A DNA stretch of 63,221 nucleotides, the filler included. It is 5 parts of 5 records of this genome, joined end to end, with 100 filler letters (N's around TTAATTAATTAA, not from the genome) between each part and the next. Parts side by side here need not be neighbours in the genome. Positions count along the whole stretch, not along the records: positions 1 to 7,701 come from DRR723986_7959; positions 7,802 to 35,688 come from DRR723986_7960; 3 more parts are not named here. One strand, 5' to 3'. The position numbers and the translations under genes were made by a program. Under the pieces are notes generated by a model. That model worked only from the letters and a program-made list of their open reading frames with translations, searched no databases and was not told the origin of the DNA. Shown piece after piece: positions 1 through 10,222 of this stretch (positions within the stretch are counted from its first letter, which is position 1; the number at the start of each line of letters is the position of its first letter).

Positions 1-1144
1 TCACTTCTTTGAACACCTGATGTTTGAAGGTACCGAGCAGATTCCACGTGCCACGATTGACAAGTACATTCAGGAAGCCGGCGGCTCACTGAATGCTTAC
101 ACCTCCTTTGACGAGACGGTGTATTTCTTCCAGATGCCGGCAAACGAATTGCCACTGGCATTGTGGATTGAGTCCCAGCGCATGCGCCAGCTGCTTGTAG
201 ACAGCAAAGGTGTTGAAACCCAGCGCGGCGTTGTCAAAGAAGAGCGCAGCCAGCGTTATGACAACCAGGCGTACGGCACGCTCTTTGAGAAAATGTGCTC
301 ACGCATCTTCAAAGACGGATATTATGAGTGGACGCCGATTGGCTCGGCGCAGCACATCGATTCCGCTGCTATCTCCGAATTCAAAGACTTCTACAAAAGG
401 TTCTACCAGCCAAACAACGCTACTCTGGTTGTAGCTGGTGACTTTGATGAAGAACTGGCCCGCAACTATATCGAAAGCTACTTTGGCCAGTACGAAGCGG
501 GCAAAGACCCCAAGCGCGCCCAAACTTCGCTGCCAAAACTGAACGGCGAACAGCGCGAAAAAGTTTATGACGACAAAGCTCAGCTTCCAGCTGTATTTGT
601 TGGCTATCGCGGACCAGAAATTGGTGGCGAAGACTTCTACCCAATGACGATGTTACTTGACGTTATGTCTTCCGGTGAGAGTTCACGCTTGTATCAGCGC
701 TTGGTATCCCAGGACCGTATTGCCGTGCAGGCTGCCGCCAACCCATGGAGTTTCCAGCAGTCCGGTATCGTTGCATTCATCGGTGTTTCTGATGTAGGCA
801 AAGACATCGACATGGTTGAGAAAACGATCTATGATGAAATTGATCGCGTGATCAAAGAAGGCGTGACGGAAGATGAATTCCAGAAAGCCAAAAACATCAA
901 AGAAGCCGAGTTTGTTCAGGGTAAGAAAAACGTCTTCTCCAAGTCGCAGGCGCTCGCGCGTTACCACACGTACTTTGCAGACGCAAACCTGATCAACACA
1001 GAGATCGAACTGTTCCAAAACGTCACACGTGCAGACCTGCAACGCGTGGCCAAGAAATACTTCAGCAAGGATGACCGCGTAGTGTTGACCTATGTTCCGG
1101 CATCCGGTGGCGAGAATGCTCCGCCATCTGGCTCGGGCGAATAA
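1..1144 (+). CDS. M16 (pitrilysin/insulinase) zinc peptidase, catalytic subunit, 5'-truncated at window edge
   Basis: The frame is open from base 2 and reads HFFEHLMF (inverted HxxEH zinc motif). It also has NAYTSFDET and FYQPNNATLVVAGDF motifs. Confidence 0.93.
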   Translation, partial: HFFEHLMFEGTEQIPRATIDKYIQEAGGSLNAYTSFDETVYFFQMPANELPLALWIESQRMRQLLVDSKGVETQRGVVKEERSQRYDNQAYGTLFEKMCSRIFKDGYYEWTPIGSAQHIDSAAISEFKDFYKRFYQPNNATLVVAGDFDEELARNYIESYFGQYEAGKDPKRAQTSLPKLNGEQREKVYDDKAQLPAVFVGYRGPEIGGEDFYPMTMLLDVMSSGESSRLYQRLVSQDRIAVQAAANPWSFQQSGIVAFIGVSDVGKDIDMVEKTIYDEIDRVIKEGVTEDEFQKAKNIKEAEFVQGKKNVFSKSQALARYHTYFADANLINTEIELFQNVTRADLQRVAKKYFSKDDRVVLTYVPASGGENAPPSGSGE

Positions 1145-1201
1145 TCCGTAGCTGCCAGACCAAACGAACAACGCGAAATTTAACCATTAAACTGAAGAGC
1201 A

Positions 1202-3313
1202 ATGATAGCAATGAAGTGTGAATCCATTCTGCGGCGGGCATTCCTGACATTTGTGTCCGCTTTCCTGATTACATCGTCTGCATTTGCCGCCGATATCGAC
1301 CCAAACAAAAAGCCAGGGGCGCTGCCGGTTAAGGAATTTACATTCCCGAAATATTCGGAAATGACACTTTCCAATGGCATGAAAGTCTTCGTAATTGAAG
1401 ATGTTGAACAACCAACCATCGCTTTTAGCGTGCAAATCAAAGCCGGTTCCAACTACGACGGTCCCAAGCAGGGTACCGCCGATTTGCTCGCCGGCCTGTT
1501 GACAAAAGGCGCAGGCAAACGCAATGCGCTTGAGCTGGCTGCCACGATGGACGGCATCGGCGCCAATCTGGGTGCGAACGCTTCCGGTGAACAATTCACC
1601 GTATTTGCCTCGGGCCTCAAAAAACACATGCCCACGATTCTGAGTGTCATGTCCGACGTCATTCAAAGTCCTCTACTCACAGCAGAGGAGTTTGAAAAAA
1701 CGCAGGAGCAGTTCGTTGCCAGCAAACGCAGCGAAAAAGCCAACCCAAGCACGATTGGCCAGAGCCTGGCGCGCCGGGTTGCATACGGTGCCAACCACCC
1801 ATATGCGCTCCGTTCTACTGAAGAATCGGTTGCAAACCTGACGCTCGATGATGTGCGCGGCTTTCACTCCGTCTTCTTTAAGCCAAACATTACAACTATC
1901 GCGGTTGTTGGTGACATCACAGCTGATGAAGCCAAGACGGCTCTTGAAGGTGCCTTCAAAAGCTGGAAAAAGGCAGATGTACCACGCATGCAGATTCCGG
2001 CGCCACAGCCGATGCCTAAAGGCGTGTATTACATTGAGCGGCCGGCGTCAGTTCAGTCAACAGTTTTGTTGACGAACCTGGCCGTACCATACGCCAGCAG
2101 TGAATATGAGCAGCTGCAGGTAGCCAGTAACGTAATTGGCCTCGGCTTCGGTGGCCGTTTGTTCCGCACGCTGCGTGAAACATATGCTTTCACGTACACA
2201 CCGTACGGTTTCCTGACGAGTGCCAAGGATGCCAACCGTTTTGTGGCTGGTGCCGATGTGCGCAACGCCGTGACTGATTCAACAGTGATTGTGATCAAAC
2301 GCGAACTTGGTGACCTGGCTAAAAACGGCCCTGGTGAAGATGAGCTGAACCGCATCAAACGTTTCATGACAGGTTCGTACCTGATGAACTTTGAAAGCAC
2401 ACAGTTCATCGCCAACATCCTGCTGAATGCAGAAATCAAAGGCACGGGAATTGACCGCGCCAAAAACTATCCGAATACCGTCATGGCGGTCAATTCCGGT
2501 GACGTTAAGCGCCTGGCGAGCAAATACCTCAATCCTGATGACATGCGCATTGTGGTAGTTGGCAAGCCGGAAATCGCAACGGAACTGGCCAAATATGGAC
2601 CGGTTACACGCTTTGACCTGGACCTGAACCCCGTACGTGCCATGCAAGATGCAGGCATGACCTGGGCAGAACTGCAGGCGAAACACATTGAAGCTCTCGG
2701 TGGTAAAAATGCTGTGAGCAGTGTTAAGTCAATGCATGTTGTCGGCACCGGCGCACTGCAGGCCGGCCCCCAGTCGCTGCCATTGAAAATTTCCGGTACG
2801 AGTTCCCGCAAAGGACAGGCCACCGGAACATCCGATATCGGTGGTGGAAGAATGGTATCCAATAATTGGATCGACGGTGGCAAGGCGTGGCAACGTCAGG
2901 CAGCCGGTGCGCCACTTGAGCAAAGTGAAGGCTCCGAGCTTGACCATGACATCTATACCGCTTTGATCTTCCCACTGGTGGATGGTGGTGACCACGGTTA
3001 TACCTTTGCAGTTGAAGGCCGCCAAAACGGTAACTTCATCGTAAAAGCCAAAGGCGCAAACGGTGGTGAGCGTATGATCAACATTGACGAAAAGACCTTC
3101 CTCGTTAACACGGTGGAATACGTCCGCACTTCACCTCAGGGTGAAATGCCGGTCAAAGAGATTCATACGAACTACACGAAGCTTGACGCCGGCATTATGA
3201 TGCCGAGCAAAACAACGATGAACCTGGGCCAAATGGTTATCAGCCAGGTAATAGAATACAATCCAAACGTAGACCTGGATGGCGTTGAATTCCGTCCGGC
3301 GGATGCAAAATAA
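1202..3313 (+). CDS. M16 peptidase non-catalytic partner with signal peptide and ~230-aa C-terminal extension
   Basis: Signal peptide ends SAFA. The M16 fold motifs LSNGMKV, FFKPN and SRLF-like GRLFRTLRE are present, but HxxEH is replaced by ADLLAG. Confidence 0.85.
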   Translation: MIAMKCESILRRAFLTFVSAFLITSSAFAADIDPNKKPGALPVKEFTFPKYSEMTLSNGMKVFVIEDVEQPTIAFSVQIKAGSNYDGPKQGTADLLAGLLTKGAGKRNALELAATMDGIGANLGANASGEQFTVFASGLKKHMPTILSVMSDVIQSPLLTAEEFEKTQEQFVASKRSEKANPSTIGQSLARRVAYGANHPYALRSTEESVANLTLDDVRGFHSVFFKPNITTIAVVGDITADEAKTALEGAFKSWKKADVPRMQIPAPQPMPKGVYYIERPASVQSTVLLTNLAVPYASSEYEQLQVASNVIGLGFGGRLFRTLRETYAFTYTPYGFLTSAKDANRFVAGADVRNAVTDSTVIVIKRELGDLAKNGPGEDELNRIKRFMTGSYLMNFESTQFIANILLNAEIKGTGIDRAKNYPNTVMAVNSGDVKRLASKYLNPDDMRIVVVGKPEIATELAKYGPVTRFDLDLNPVRAMQDAGMTWAELQAKHIEALGGKNAVSSVKSMHVVGTGALQAGPQSLPLKISGTSSRKGQATGTSDIGGGRMVSNNWIDGGKAWQRQAAGAPLEQSEGSELDHDIYTALIFPLVDGGDHGYTFAVEGRQNGNFIVKAKGANGGERMINIDEKTFLVNTVEYVRTSPQGEMPVKEIHTNYTKLDAGIMMPSKTTMNLGQMVISQVIEYNPNVDLDGVEFRPADAK

Positions 3314-3342
3314 TGTCTCCCTTTAGGGTGATTAGATGAAAC

Positions 3343-3386
3343 TGGCGTGAAGTTCCGCGGTATAGCGTGCTTCACGCCATTTTTTT
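3343..3386 (+). terminator. Rho-independent terminator
   Basis: TGGCGTGAAG...CTTCACGCCA stem followed by a T7 run, downstream of the M16 pair. Confidence 0.8.
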
Positions 3387-3411
3387 GTTCTAAACGAAGG
3401 AAAATACGCTC

Positions 3412-4221
3412 ATGAGCCTTCAGGACAACTTAGAGTCAGAAGACCAAAACGATGCTCCCGAGGAGCAGCAAACGCCGGGCTACGGTGGTTTTCTGGAATT
3501 GATAACCGCCCCAATGGCCCTGGGGGCTTCGCAGATTCGCCGTCCGGGAGCAATCATTGCTACCGCGATCATTATTTATGCACTGAGTTTTTCGTTTTCA
3601 CAGATCATCACGTTCTCTTCGCCGGAGCTGGTGGAACAGCAGAAGAAACATGAAATCTCGATGGTCCAGAAGTTTGGTGTTGCACAGGGCCTGACCGAGG
3701 AAGGCCTGCAAGCACAAATTGACGGTATTTCCGAAAAATGGGAAGACCCAATTCACTCCGGCTCGATTGCACTCGGCCTGGCATCTGGATTTGGTCTCGG
3801 TTTGGTCTACATCTTTTTCTTTGGTGGCGTCTTCTGGATATTCGTGCGCCTGCTGGTAGAGTCACCGCCCGGCTATATAAACATTGCAACCCTGGTGGCC
3901 TATGGAGCGGGAATTGCCGCGCTGCAAATGATCATCTCTGCCCTGATGGCCGCAATCGGCGGCTCACTGATGTTCACACCGTCGCCGTCGGCAATTTTTG
4001 CCGATCCGTCAGGAGAACTGCAGTCGACCACGGCACTACTGGGTTTGTTAAACCTTTTTGACATCTGGAAATACATTGCAGTTGGTATCGCCGTTGCGGC
4101 ACACAGCGGTCTCACCAAAGGCAAAGGCATCCTGTTTGGCGCGATTGCCTTTATCATCGTGTTTGCCTTCTTTGCCGGATTGGCACTTATCGGAATGATG
4201 ATGACCGGAGCCACCGGTTAA
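3412..4221 (+). CDS. Yip1-like multi-pass membrane protein
   Basis: Has 5-6 hydrophobic segments, an LNLFDIW motif and a large soluble loop, as seen in bacterial Yip1-domain proteins. Confidence 0.6.
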   Translation: MSLQDNLESEDQNDAPEEQQTPGYGGFLELITAPMALGASQIRRPGAIIATAIIIYALSFSFSQIITFSSPELVEQQKKHEISMVQKFGVAQGLTEEGLQAQIDGISEKWEDPIHSGSIALGLASGFGLGLVYIFFFGGVFWIFVRLLVESPPGYINIATLVAYGAGIAALQMIISALMAAIGGSLMFTPSPSAIFADPSGELQSTTALLGLLNLFDIWKYIAVGIAVAAHSGLTKGKGILFGAIAFIIVFAFFAGLALIGMMMTGATG

Positions 4222-4340
4222 TTCCAGAACTTTGGACGTCTACAATGTGAATGTGGCCCGGCCCATGGCAAACGCCAGGCCGGGCATCGGTAGAATACTA
4301 CGATAGAGTGGAGTGATACAATCGATTGTCAGGTGGAAAT

Positions 4341-5840
4341 ATGAATCAGGAATCAGAATCAGGCAAGACTCCGGAGGCGGATCCGCTGCAACAGGCAACA
4401 GCCCCGGCAAGTGAATTAGAATCCGGCAAGACCGATGCCACAGAGTTTGACGGCACAGATACAAACGGTTCAGCCGGCGCAACTGAGACGCAGGCGCAAG
4501 CGCAGGCCGCCGAGCCGCAAGCCGCAAGTCAAACAGACGACAATTCAACATCCGAAGCCAATGACGGCCCCGCCTCAGGTTTTGCCACCTGGGCTTCCGA
4601 GGATATGCTGGAACAAAAAAAGCGCGATTTCCAGCGCATGCGCCGTTTTGCGTCGCTGCTCCTGGGCCTGATGGTCGCGCTCTTTATTGCGGCGCGCCTG
4701 GGAGAACCCAACTATGGCTGGCTAAGTTATATTGGCGCTTTTGCTGAAGCCGCCATGATTGGCGCGATTGCCGATTGGTTTGCCGTGACGGCGCTCTTCC
4801 GCTATCCGCTTGGAATTCCAATCCCGCACACCGCCGTGGTGCAAAACCAAAAAGACCGCATCGGCGAGAGCCTCGGTAATTTTGTAGAGAAAAACTTCCT
4901 GACCGAACAGGCCATCAGCCGCAAACTGGATGACCTGGACGTCGCCACACCACTCGGCGAATGGCTCAACCGCACAGAAAACAGCGCAATAATCAGCCGC
5001 CAGGTGATCAACCACGCGCCGCAGTTCCTGCTGCAGATAGACGATAACCAGGTAGAACACTTCGTAGACACCCAACTCAAAAACGGCATGCAGGACGTGG
5101 AAGCCTCGCCGATTGCCGCGCGCCTGCTGGGAACACTTACGGACAGCAACAAACATCAAACTCTGCTGACTGAATTGCTGCGCATAGGCTCGCGCTTTTT
5201 AGCTGAGAACCGCGATTCGCTACGTGAACGCATCAAACAGGAAAGTCCCTGGTTTGTGCCGGGCGCTGTGGACAACAAAGTTGTTAACAGTATTATTGGC
5301 AAAATTGAACAGCTGCTGCGCGAAATTGAACACGATTCAGAGCATGAACTACGCGATGCATTTACGCGCGCAGTAGATTCATTTGTCACCCGGCTGGAGA
5401 CTTCACCCGAGCTGCGCGAGCGCGGTGAACAGATTAAGTTTGACCTGCTTAACAGCCCGTCCACGCGCCGTGTAGTTAACAAGCTGTGGCAGGACGTTAA
5501 ACACAAACTGCTGATGGACCTGGCCGATACAAACTCGCAGGTGGGCGCAAAAATTGAATCCGCCGTGCAAAAAATTGGCAAACGCATTCTGGACGATGAG
5601 CAGCTGCGCCTGGATATCAACGAGCAGGTGCGCAAAAATGCGATCAAGGTAATTCTTGAGCGCCGCCAGGAAATCAGTGAGTTAATTGTTGATACAATTC
5701 GCACCTGGGATGGCAAAACGATGGCGGACCGCGTGGAAGTTCACGTGGGGCGGGACCTGCAGTTTATCCGCATCAACGGAACACTGGTTGGCGGAATGGT
5801 TGGCCTGCTGATTCACATCGTGACTGAACTCTTTTTCTAG
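4341..5840 (+). CDS. DUF445 (YjiN-like) membrane-anchored protein with acidic N-terminal extension
   Basis: Motifs AFAEAAMIGAIADWFAVTALFRYPLGIPIPHTA and VGRDLQFIRINGTLVGG. ATG at 4341 is preferred over TTG at 4326. Confidence 0.88.
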   Translation: MNQESESGKTPEADPLQQATAPASELESGKTDATEFDGTDTNGSAGATETQAQAQAAEPQAASQTDDNSTSEANDGPASGFATWASEDMLEQKKRDFQRMRRFASLLLGLMVALFIAARLGEPNYGWLSYIGAFAEAAMIGAIADWFAVTALFRYPLGIPIPHTAVVQNQKDRIGESLGNFVEKNFLTEQAISRKLDDLDVATPLGEWLNRTENSAIISRQVINHAPQFLLQIDDNQVEHFVDTQLKNGMQDVEASPIAARLLGTLTDSNKHQTLLTELLRIGSRFLAENRDSLRERIKQESPWFVPGAVDNKVVNSIIGKIEQLLREIEHDSEHELRDAFTRAVDSFVTRLETSPELRERGEQIKFDLLNSPSTRRVVNKLWQDVKHKLLMDLADTNSQVGAKIESAVQKIGKRILDDEQLRLDINEQVRKNAIKVILERRQEISELIVDTIRTWDGKTMADRVEVHVGRDLQFIRINGTLVGGMVGLLIHIVTELFF

Positions 5841-5938
5841 GTTTGTAGCTGGAGCGTTTCTGGCTGGAATATTAAACAATCGCAGGCTTAGAGTCTTGAG
5901 AATTTGGGATCAGCGACTAACAAGAAGGCCTTTAAAAC

Positions 5939-5974
5939 AGCTATGCCGAAGGCATAAAGCGCTCCGGCATAGCT
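5939..5974 (-). terminator. Hairpin between convergent genes, likely icd terminator
   Basis: 10-bp stem AGCTATGCCG/CGGCATAGCT, followed by GTTTT on the minus strand. Confidence 0.55.
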
Positions 5975-6029
5975 TGTAAGAATTTGGACTGTTCAGGTAA
6001 ACAACTGGCGAGTTAACAACTCATCCGTT

Positions 6030-7490
6030 TTATTCACCTTGAGCCATTGAGTAACCGCGCTCACCGTCAAAGGTGTACAGGTTCTCAGTTTTGATGACGT
6101 CTATGCCACCGGCGTCGAGAGCTGCAAGCAGGTCAATCACGTCTTTGTTAACAACCGTTTTGGTGTCGGCATTGCGCGGAATAAAGCGGCAGCGCCAGTG
6201 ATCCGTGCAGAAGGTAGCGTCCAAGCCTTGCGGCCAGACTTTAACACCGCGATTGGTAATCATTTTGAGTTTGAGCGTTTCGGTGGAATTGTTGTTTAAT
6301 GCTTCGGCGACTTCGTCGGCCGTGTGTGTAGCATCGTCAACAAACACGTCGACACCAACCAGTTCTTTTTTAGCTATCGGCTGCGGCGTAACTTTAACAT
6401 TGTCAATCACGGAAGTGCGGTTGCCCGCGTCAAAGTTAACAGCTGTGAGCTGCGATGGACGGCGGCCCAGGCGCTCAATAATTGCGTCGGCAAACTCTTT
6501 GGTTCCAACTTTTTGTTTACTCTGGCCTTCGCTGTAAATGTCACCCGTGTGGATGCCATCTTCAATTGTTGTTAACCAGGCATTGTGGATTTTCTCAGCC
6601 ACATCGTCCTGATTAATATGACGCAGCATCAGAATTGCACCATTTAACAAACCGGAAGGATTCGCCAGATTTTGACCCGCAATTGTGGGCGCCGAACCGT
6701 GAATCGCCTCAAACATCGAGCAGTGTTCACCAACGTTGGACGAACCACCCAGACCAACCGATCCAGTGATTTGTGCAGCGATGTCGGAGATAATATCACC
6801 GTAAAGGTTAAGTGTGACAATTACGTCAAACTCTTCCGGTGAATTCGCCAGCAACGCCGAACCAATGTCAATGATCCAGTGTTCGTTTTCAATGTCCTTG
6901 TACTCGGCAGCAACTTCGTTAAAGACCTGGCGAAACAAACCATCGGTCTGTTTCATGATATTGTCTTTAGTGAAGCAGGTTACTTTTTTACGTCCAAACG
7001 CACGTGCATATTCAAAGGCGTAACGAATGATTTTTTCACATCCGGGACGCGTGATCAGTTTAAGACATTGAACAACCTGCTGCGTTTGCTGGTGTTCGAT
7101 TCCGGCGTAGAGGTCTTCCTCATTTTCGCGCACGATTACAACGTCTACCTTGTCGTGTTTGCTGGCAACAAATGGCGTGTAGGAAATACAGGGGCGCACG
7201 TTGGCAAACAGGTCAAGAGTTTTACGCATGGTGACGTTGAGGCTTTTATAGCCGCCACCCTGCGGAGTTGTAATTGGAGCTTTAAGGAATACTTTGGTAC
7301 GCAGGAGCGAATCCCAGGCGGAGTCGTCGATGCCGGACGTTACGCCACGCTTGTACACTTTTTCACCGACTTCTATAGTGTCGATGTCCAGTTGCGCACC
7401 GGCCGCTTCCATGATTCTAAGGGTCGCGTCCATAATTTCAGGACCAATACCATCTCCATGCGCTACCGTTATAGGTACCTTCGAGCTCAT
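6030..7490 (-). CDS. icd: NADP-dependent isocitrate dehydrogenase (long ~480-aa type with C-terminal extension)
   Basis: Motifs GDGIGPEI, KAPITTPQGGGYKSLNV, NLYGDIISD and FEAIHGSAP. GGAGG SD upstream. Confidence 0.93.
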   Translation of the reverse strand: MSSKVPITVAHGDGIGPEIMDATLRIMEAAGAQLDIDTIEVGEKVYKRGVTSGIDDSAWDSLLRTKVFLKAPITTPQGGGYKSLNVTMRKTLDLFANVRPCISYTPFVASKHDKVDVVIVRENEEDLYAGIEHQQTQQVVQCLKLITRPGCEKIIRYAFEYARAFGRKKVTCFTKDNIMKQTDGLFRQVFNEVAAEYKDIENEHWIIDIGSALLANSPEEFDVIVTLNLYGDIISDIAAQITGSVGLGGSSNVGEHCSMFEAIHGSAPTIAGQNLANPSGLLNGAILMLRHINQDDVAEKIHNAWLTTIEDGIHTGDIYSEGQSKQKVGTKEFADAIIERLGRRPSQLTAVNFDAGNRTSVIDNVKVTPQPIAKKELVGVDVFVDDATHTADEVAEALNNNSTETLKLKMITNRGVKVWPQGLDATFCTDHWRCRFIPRNADTKTVVNKDVIDLLAALDAGGIDVIKTENLYTFDGERGYSMAQGE

Positions 7491-7671
7491 CACACCTCCG
7501 CCAAATTGAATATTGTTCGACTGCGCACCTAACCGTGCGGCTTGCTGGGGTAAACTTCAAAATTAGGGCTTTTCGCAGAGACCGCCAATCTGTTTTATGC
7601 ATGGATTGACGTGCTTTTTATTTCCAGTGCTTCCCGCGTGTGGAATTTGGTAGATGGAACGCGGCGTTTTG

Positions 7672-7701
7672 CGCTGTTGGACCCGCTGTTGGACCCGCTG
7701 T
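7672..7701. repeat. 12-bp tandem repeat (CGCTGTTGGACC) x2.5 at contig end
   Basis: Directly visible, and it runs into the N gap. Confidence 0.8.
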
Positions 7702-7801
7702 NNNNNNNNNNNNNNNNNNNNNNNNNNNNNNNNNNNNNNNNNNNNTTAATTAATTAANNNNNNNNNNNNNNNNNNNNNNNNNNNNNNNNNNNNNNNNNNN
7801 N
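7702..7801. other. Artificial contig-joining spacer
   Basis: 44 N + TTAATTAATTAA (stops in all six frames) + 44 N. Confidence 0.98.
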
Positions 7802-9766
7802 CCGCAGGGGCAGTTTCATGATCACCCAATCCCGGGAATAGTTGGTCAGTACTTTGATTTCGCCAAACGGGATGGTGTTCAACGCCCCAAGGTGGTGACG
7901 CAACTGGAAAGACCGGACCGAGATCTTTTCGACGGTCCCTTTGACATCCCCAATATCGATATACTCCCCTTTCCGAAACGCATCATCCAATAGGAAGAAC
8001 GCCCCAGAAAAGATGTCCCGAACCAGTGTTTGCGAGCCAAAGCCAACGGCCAAACCAATCACACCGGCACCAGCGAACAATGGGCTGACGTTGATCCCCA
8101 TTTCCATCAAGGCAATCAGAATGATCGATACGACCACCACGGCCAAGATTGCACCACGGAACAGAGGCAAAAGGGTCGCCAATCGGCTGGCACTTGTGCC
8201 GCCCCCTTCGTCGCCCAATTCACCTTCTTCTACATCGTCAGTTTCTTCTGCAATCTTGCTGTCGATCCAGATGCGAAAGAAGTGGAACACAATATAGCCG
8301 ATAAATACGATTACCATCACATCCAGTGCGCGCTCAAACGGCAGATCTTCGGCCCATTCCACATCCGGATTGAGGATCGCCAACAGCGCATAGGCTCCAA
8401 CCACAAAGGCCAGAATGCCTGCCACCCGCCGAGCCAGATCTTCAAAGGTGTTGATGTACCCGTTGTGGATCGGCGCGGGTTTGCTGTGCTCGGTTTCTTC
8501 GGCTTCTGCCAACGCGAGCTCTTCATTGATCTGCTGGACCTTGCGGGTACGATCGAAATAGCGTTCGAGCAGATAGTTCAGCGCACCATAGGCCACCACA
8601 ACCGACATAAAGATACCATAGGTCCCCACCACCATCGGGATCGGGGTCGGGTTCTCAAGCACCAGATCAAGCGCCAGAGCAAACCAGCTAAAGCCCACGT
8701 AAGCAATCACTGCGGGGGCCCATGCGTAGGACACAAACCGCAAAATCCACGACACTTGTTCCGGAGGTTGTCCTCCACGAATAGCAGAGGAAATCGCACG
8801 CGCGTTAAACACAACCATCAGACAGTTGCCCAACGCGCCGACTGCGGTCAGTACGCCATACACCATCGCGTAAACGTTGTAGTTCAAACCGAAGTCGGCG
8901 ACCCATGTCGCAAACAAAACGGCGGAAATATCATAGGTCGCCAGCACCGAAGCCCAGATGTAAATTCGCTTCGCTTCTTTGTCAGTGAACGGGGGCAACC
9001 TGTATTGGCTCAGGAAGGGCGACAGCACCATACGCCACAGGTCTGAAACGGTACGCGCCAAGAAAAAGGCGGTGAAAATTGCAGTAACCGTGAACTGGAT
9101 CGAGACATCTTCGGCAGATCCAAAGATGACATACCCAATGATCGAAGCAAAAAGCATCGCAAACAGGGTGCCGCCAATGCCCATAACAAATCGAAGGACG
9201 AGAAACGGCATCTTGTCCCGATATCCCACCGGGTTTTCCAGAATACGCGACACCACATATTTTCGCGCGACGCGCTTTCCGTAAATCTCAACAGACAACC
9301 AGCGACCGATCAAAAGCAAAACAATATTGACCACAAGAACCCAGAGGTAAGTCGTGATTTCCCCATCCGGGCTGGTCTGACGCAAAATGTATTGAACTTC
9401 GAATATCGAGTACGGCAACGCCTGCAATCGGGATTTGAGCGCTTTGACGAATTCGTCATACTCAGATTGCGCCCGCATCAATTGAGACGCATCGCCCATC
9501 GGATCCTTGCTTTCAGCATCTTCTTCGCTGCTGGCATTGGTTCCTGACGACACCAATTTACCGGTGCTGTCGATGACGATAACGCTTGCCCCCGCTTCTG
9601 AGGCTTCACGTATTGCTGTGGCCAACTCCCCTTCTGAGGGGGTCGCGGGTTCTGCAGTCTTTGCCCCATACCCAGGGATCAAGGCTGATTGAGCCTCTGC
9701 ACTGGATGCAAAAGACATCAACAGCACCCCAAGTGTCAGAACAGCGCGTAAAAGAAATTGCATCAT
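7802..9766 (-). CDS. Large mechanosensitive channel (MscS family) with signal peptide and many extra TM helices, 3'-truncated
   Basis: MscS core PLFAGAGVIGLAVGFGSQTLVRDIFSGAFFLLDDAFRKGEYI...GTVEKISVRS...IPFGEI. Likely start MMQFLL at 9766/9763. Confidence 0.9.
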
Positions 9767-10222
9767 GTGCAGCAGGCTTTCATTCTTTAAAGATCGTGGA
9801 AACTTACAGGAGGTAACCGGTTGGTTCAAACAACCCGCCACCACAATTTCGCGAGTGTAGCACACGGCCCACTCTGCCCTGTCGCCGCATCTGTCAAAAT
9901 CGTGTTTTCAAACGGGTCCGATTTCAATACTAGAGTTACTATACACGCCATGAAAATTCTTGGTGTAACGAACTGGGACGGCGACAAAAGACTTGGCCAC
10001 GGGATTTTGTGAAAAACCGAAGCAGAGTGTAGAGAGTGAGATGATAAGCAAAGCTACAGGAGATCCTGTTCCGATTGCGATCGGCTTACAAACACTCCCC
10101 TGGTGCGCGCCGGGTCGATTGGTGCTGTGCGCTGGCCAAACATCAGGCAATTCTGGTATCGTGTCTTTCGCTGTTCAAACAAAACGATTTGGCAGTTTTC
10201 GAAATTCAATGCAGGGTCACCC

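Noticed and set aside
4256..4286. GC-rich hairpin GCCCGGCC...GGCCGGGC after the Yip1-like gene
   Set aside because: Single copy with no U-tail. It cannot be distinguished from an ordinary terminator or stabilising stem.
7746..7757. TTAATTAATTAA motif recurring four times
   Set aside because: It is a synthetic six-frame stop linker inside N runs, not biological. ORF-track ends at these linkers are artefacts.
9879..9897. CTGTCGC-N5-CTGTCAA as a Pho box for the GT operon or mscS
   Set aside because: The half sites have a 12-bp period rather than the required 11 bp.
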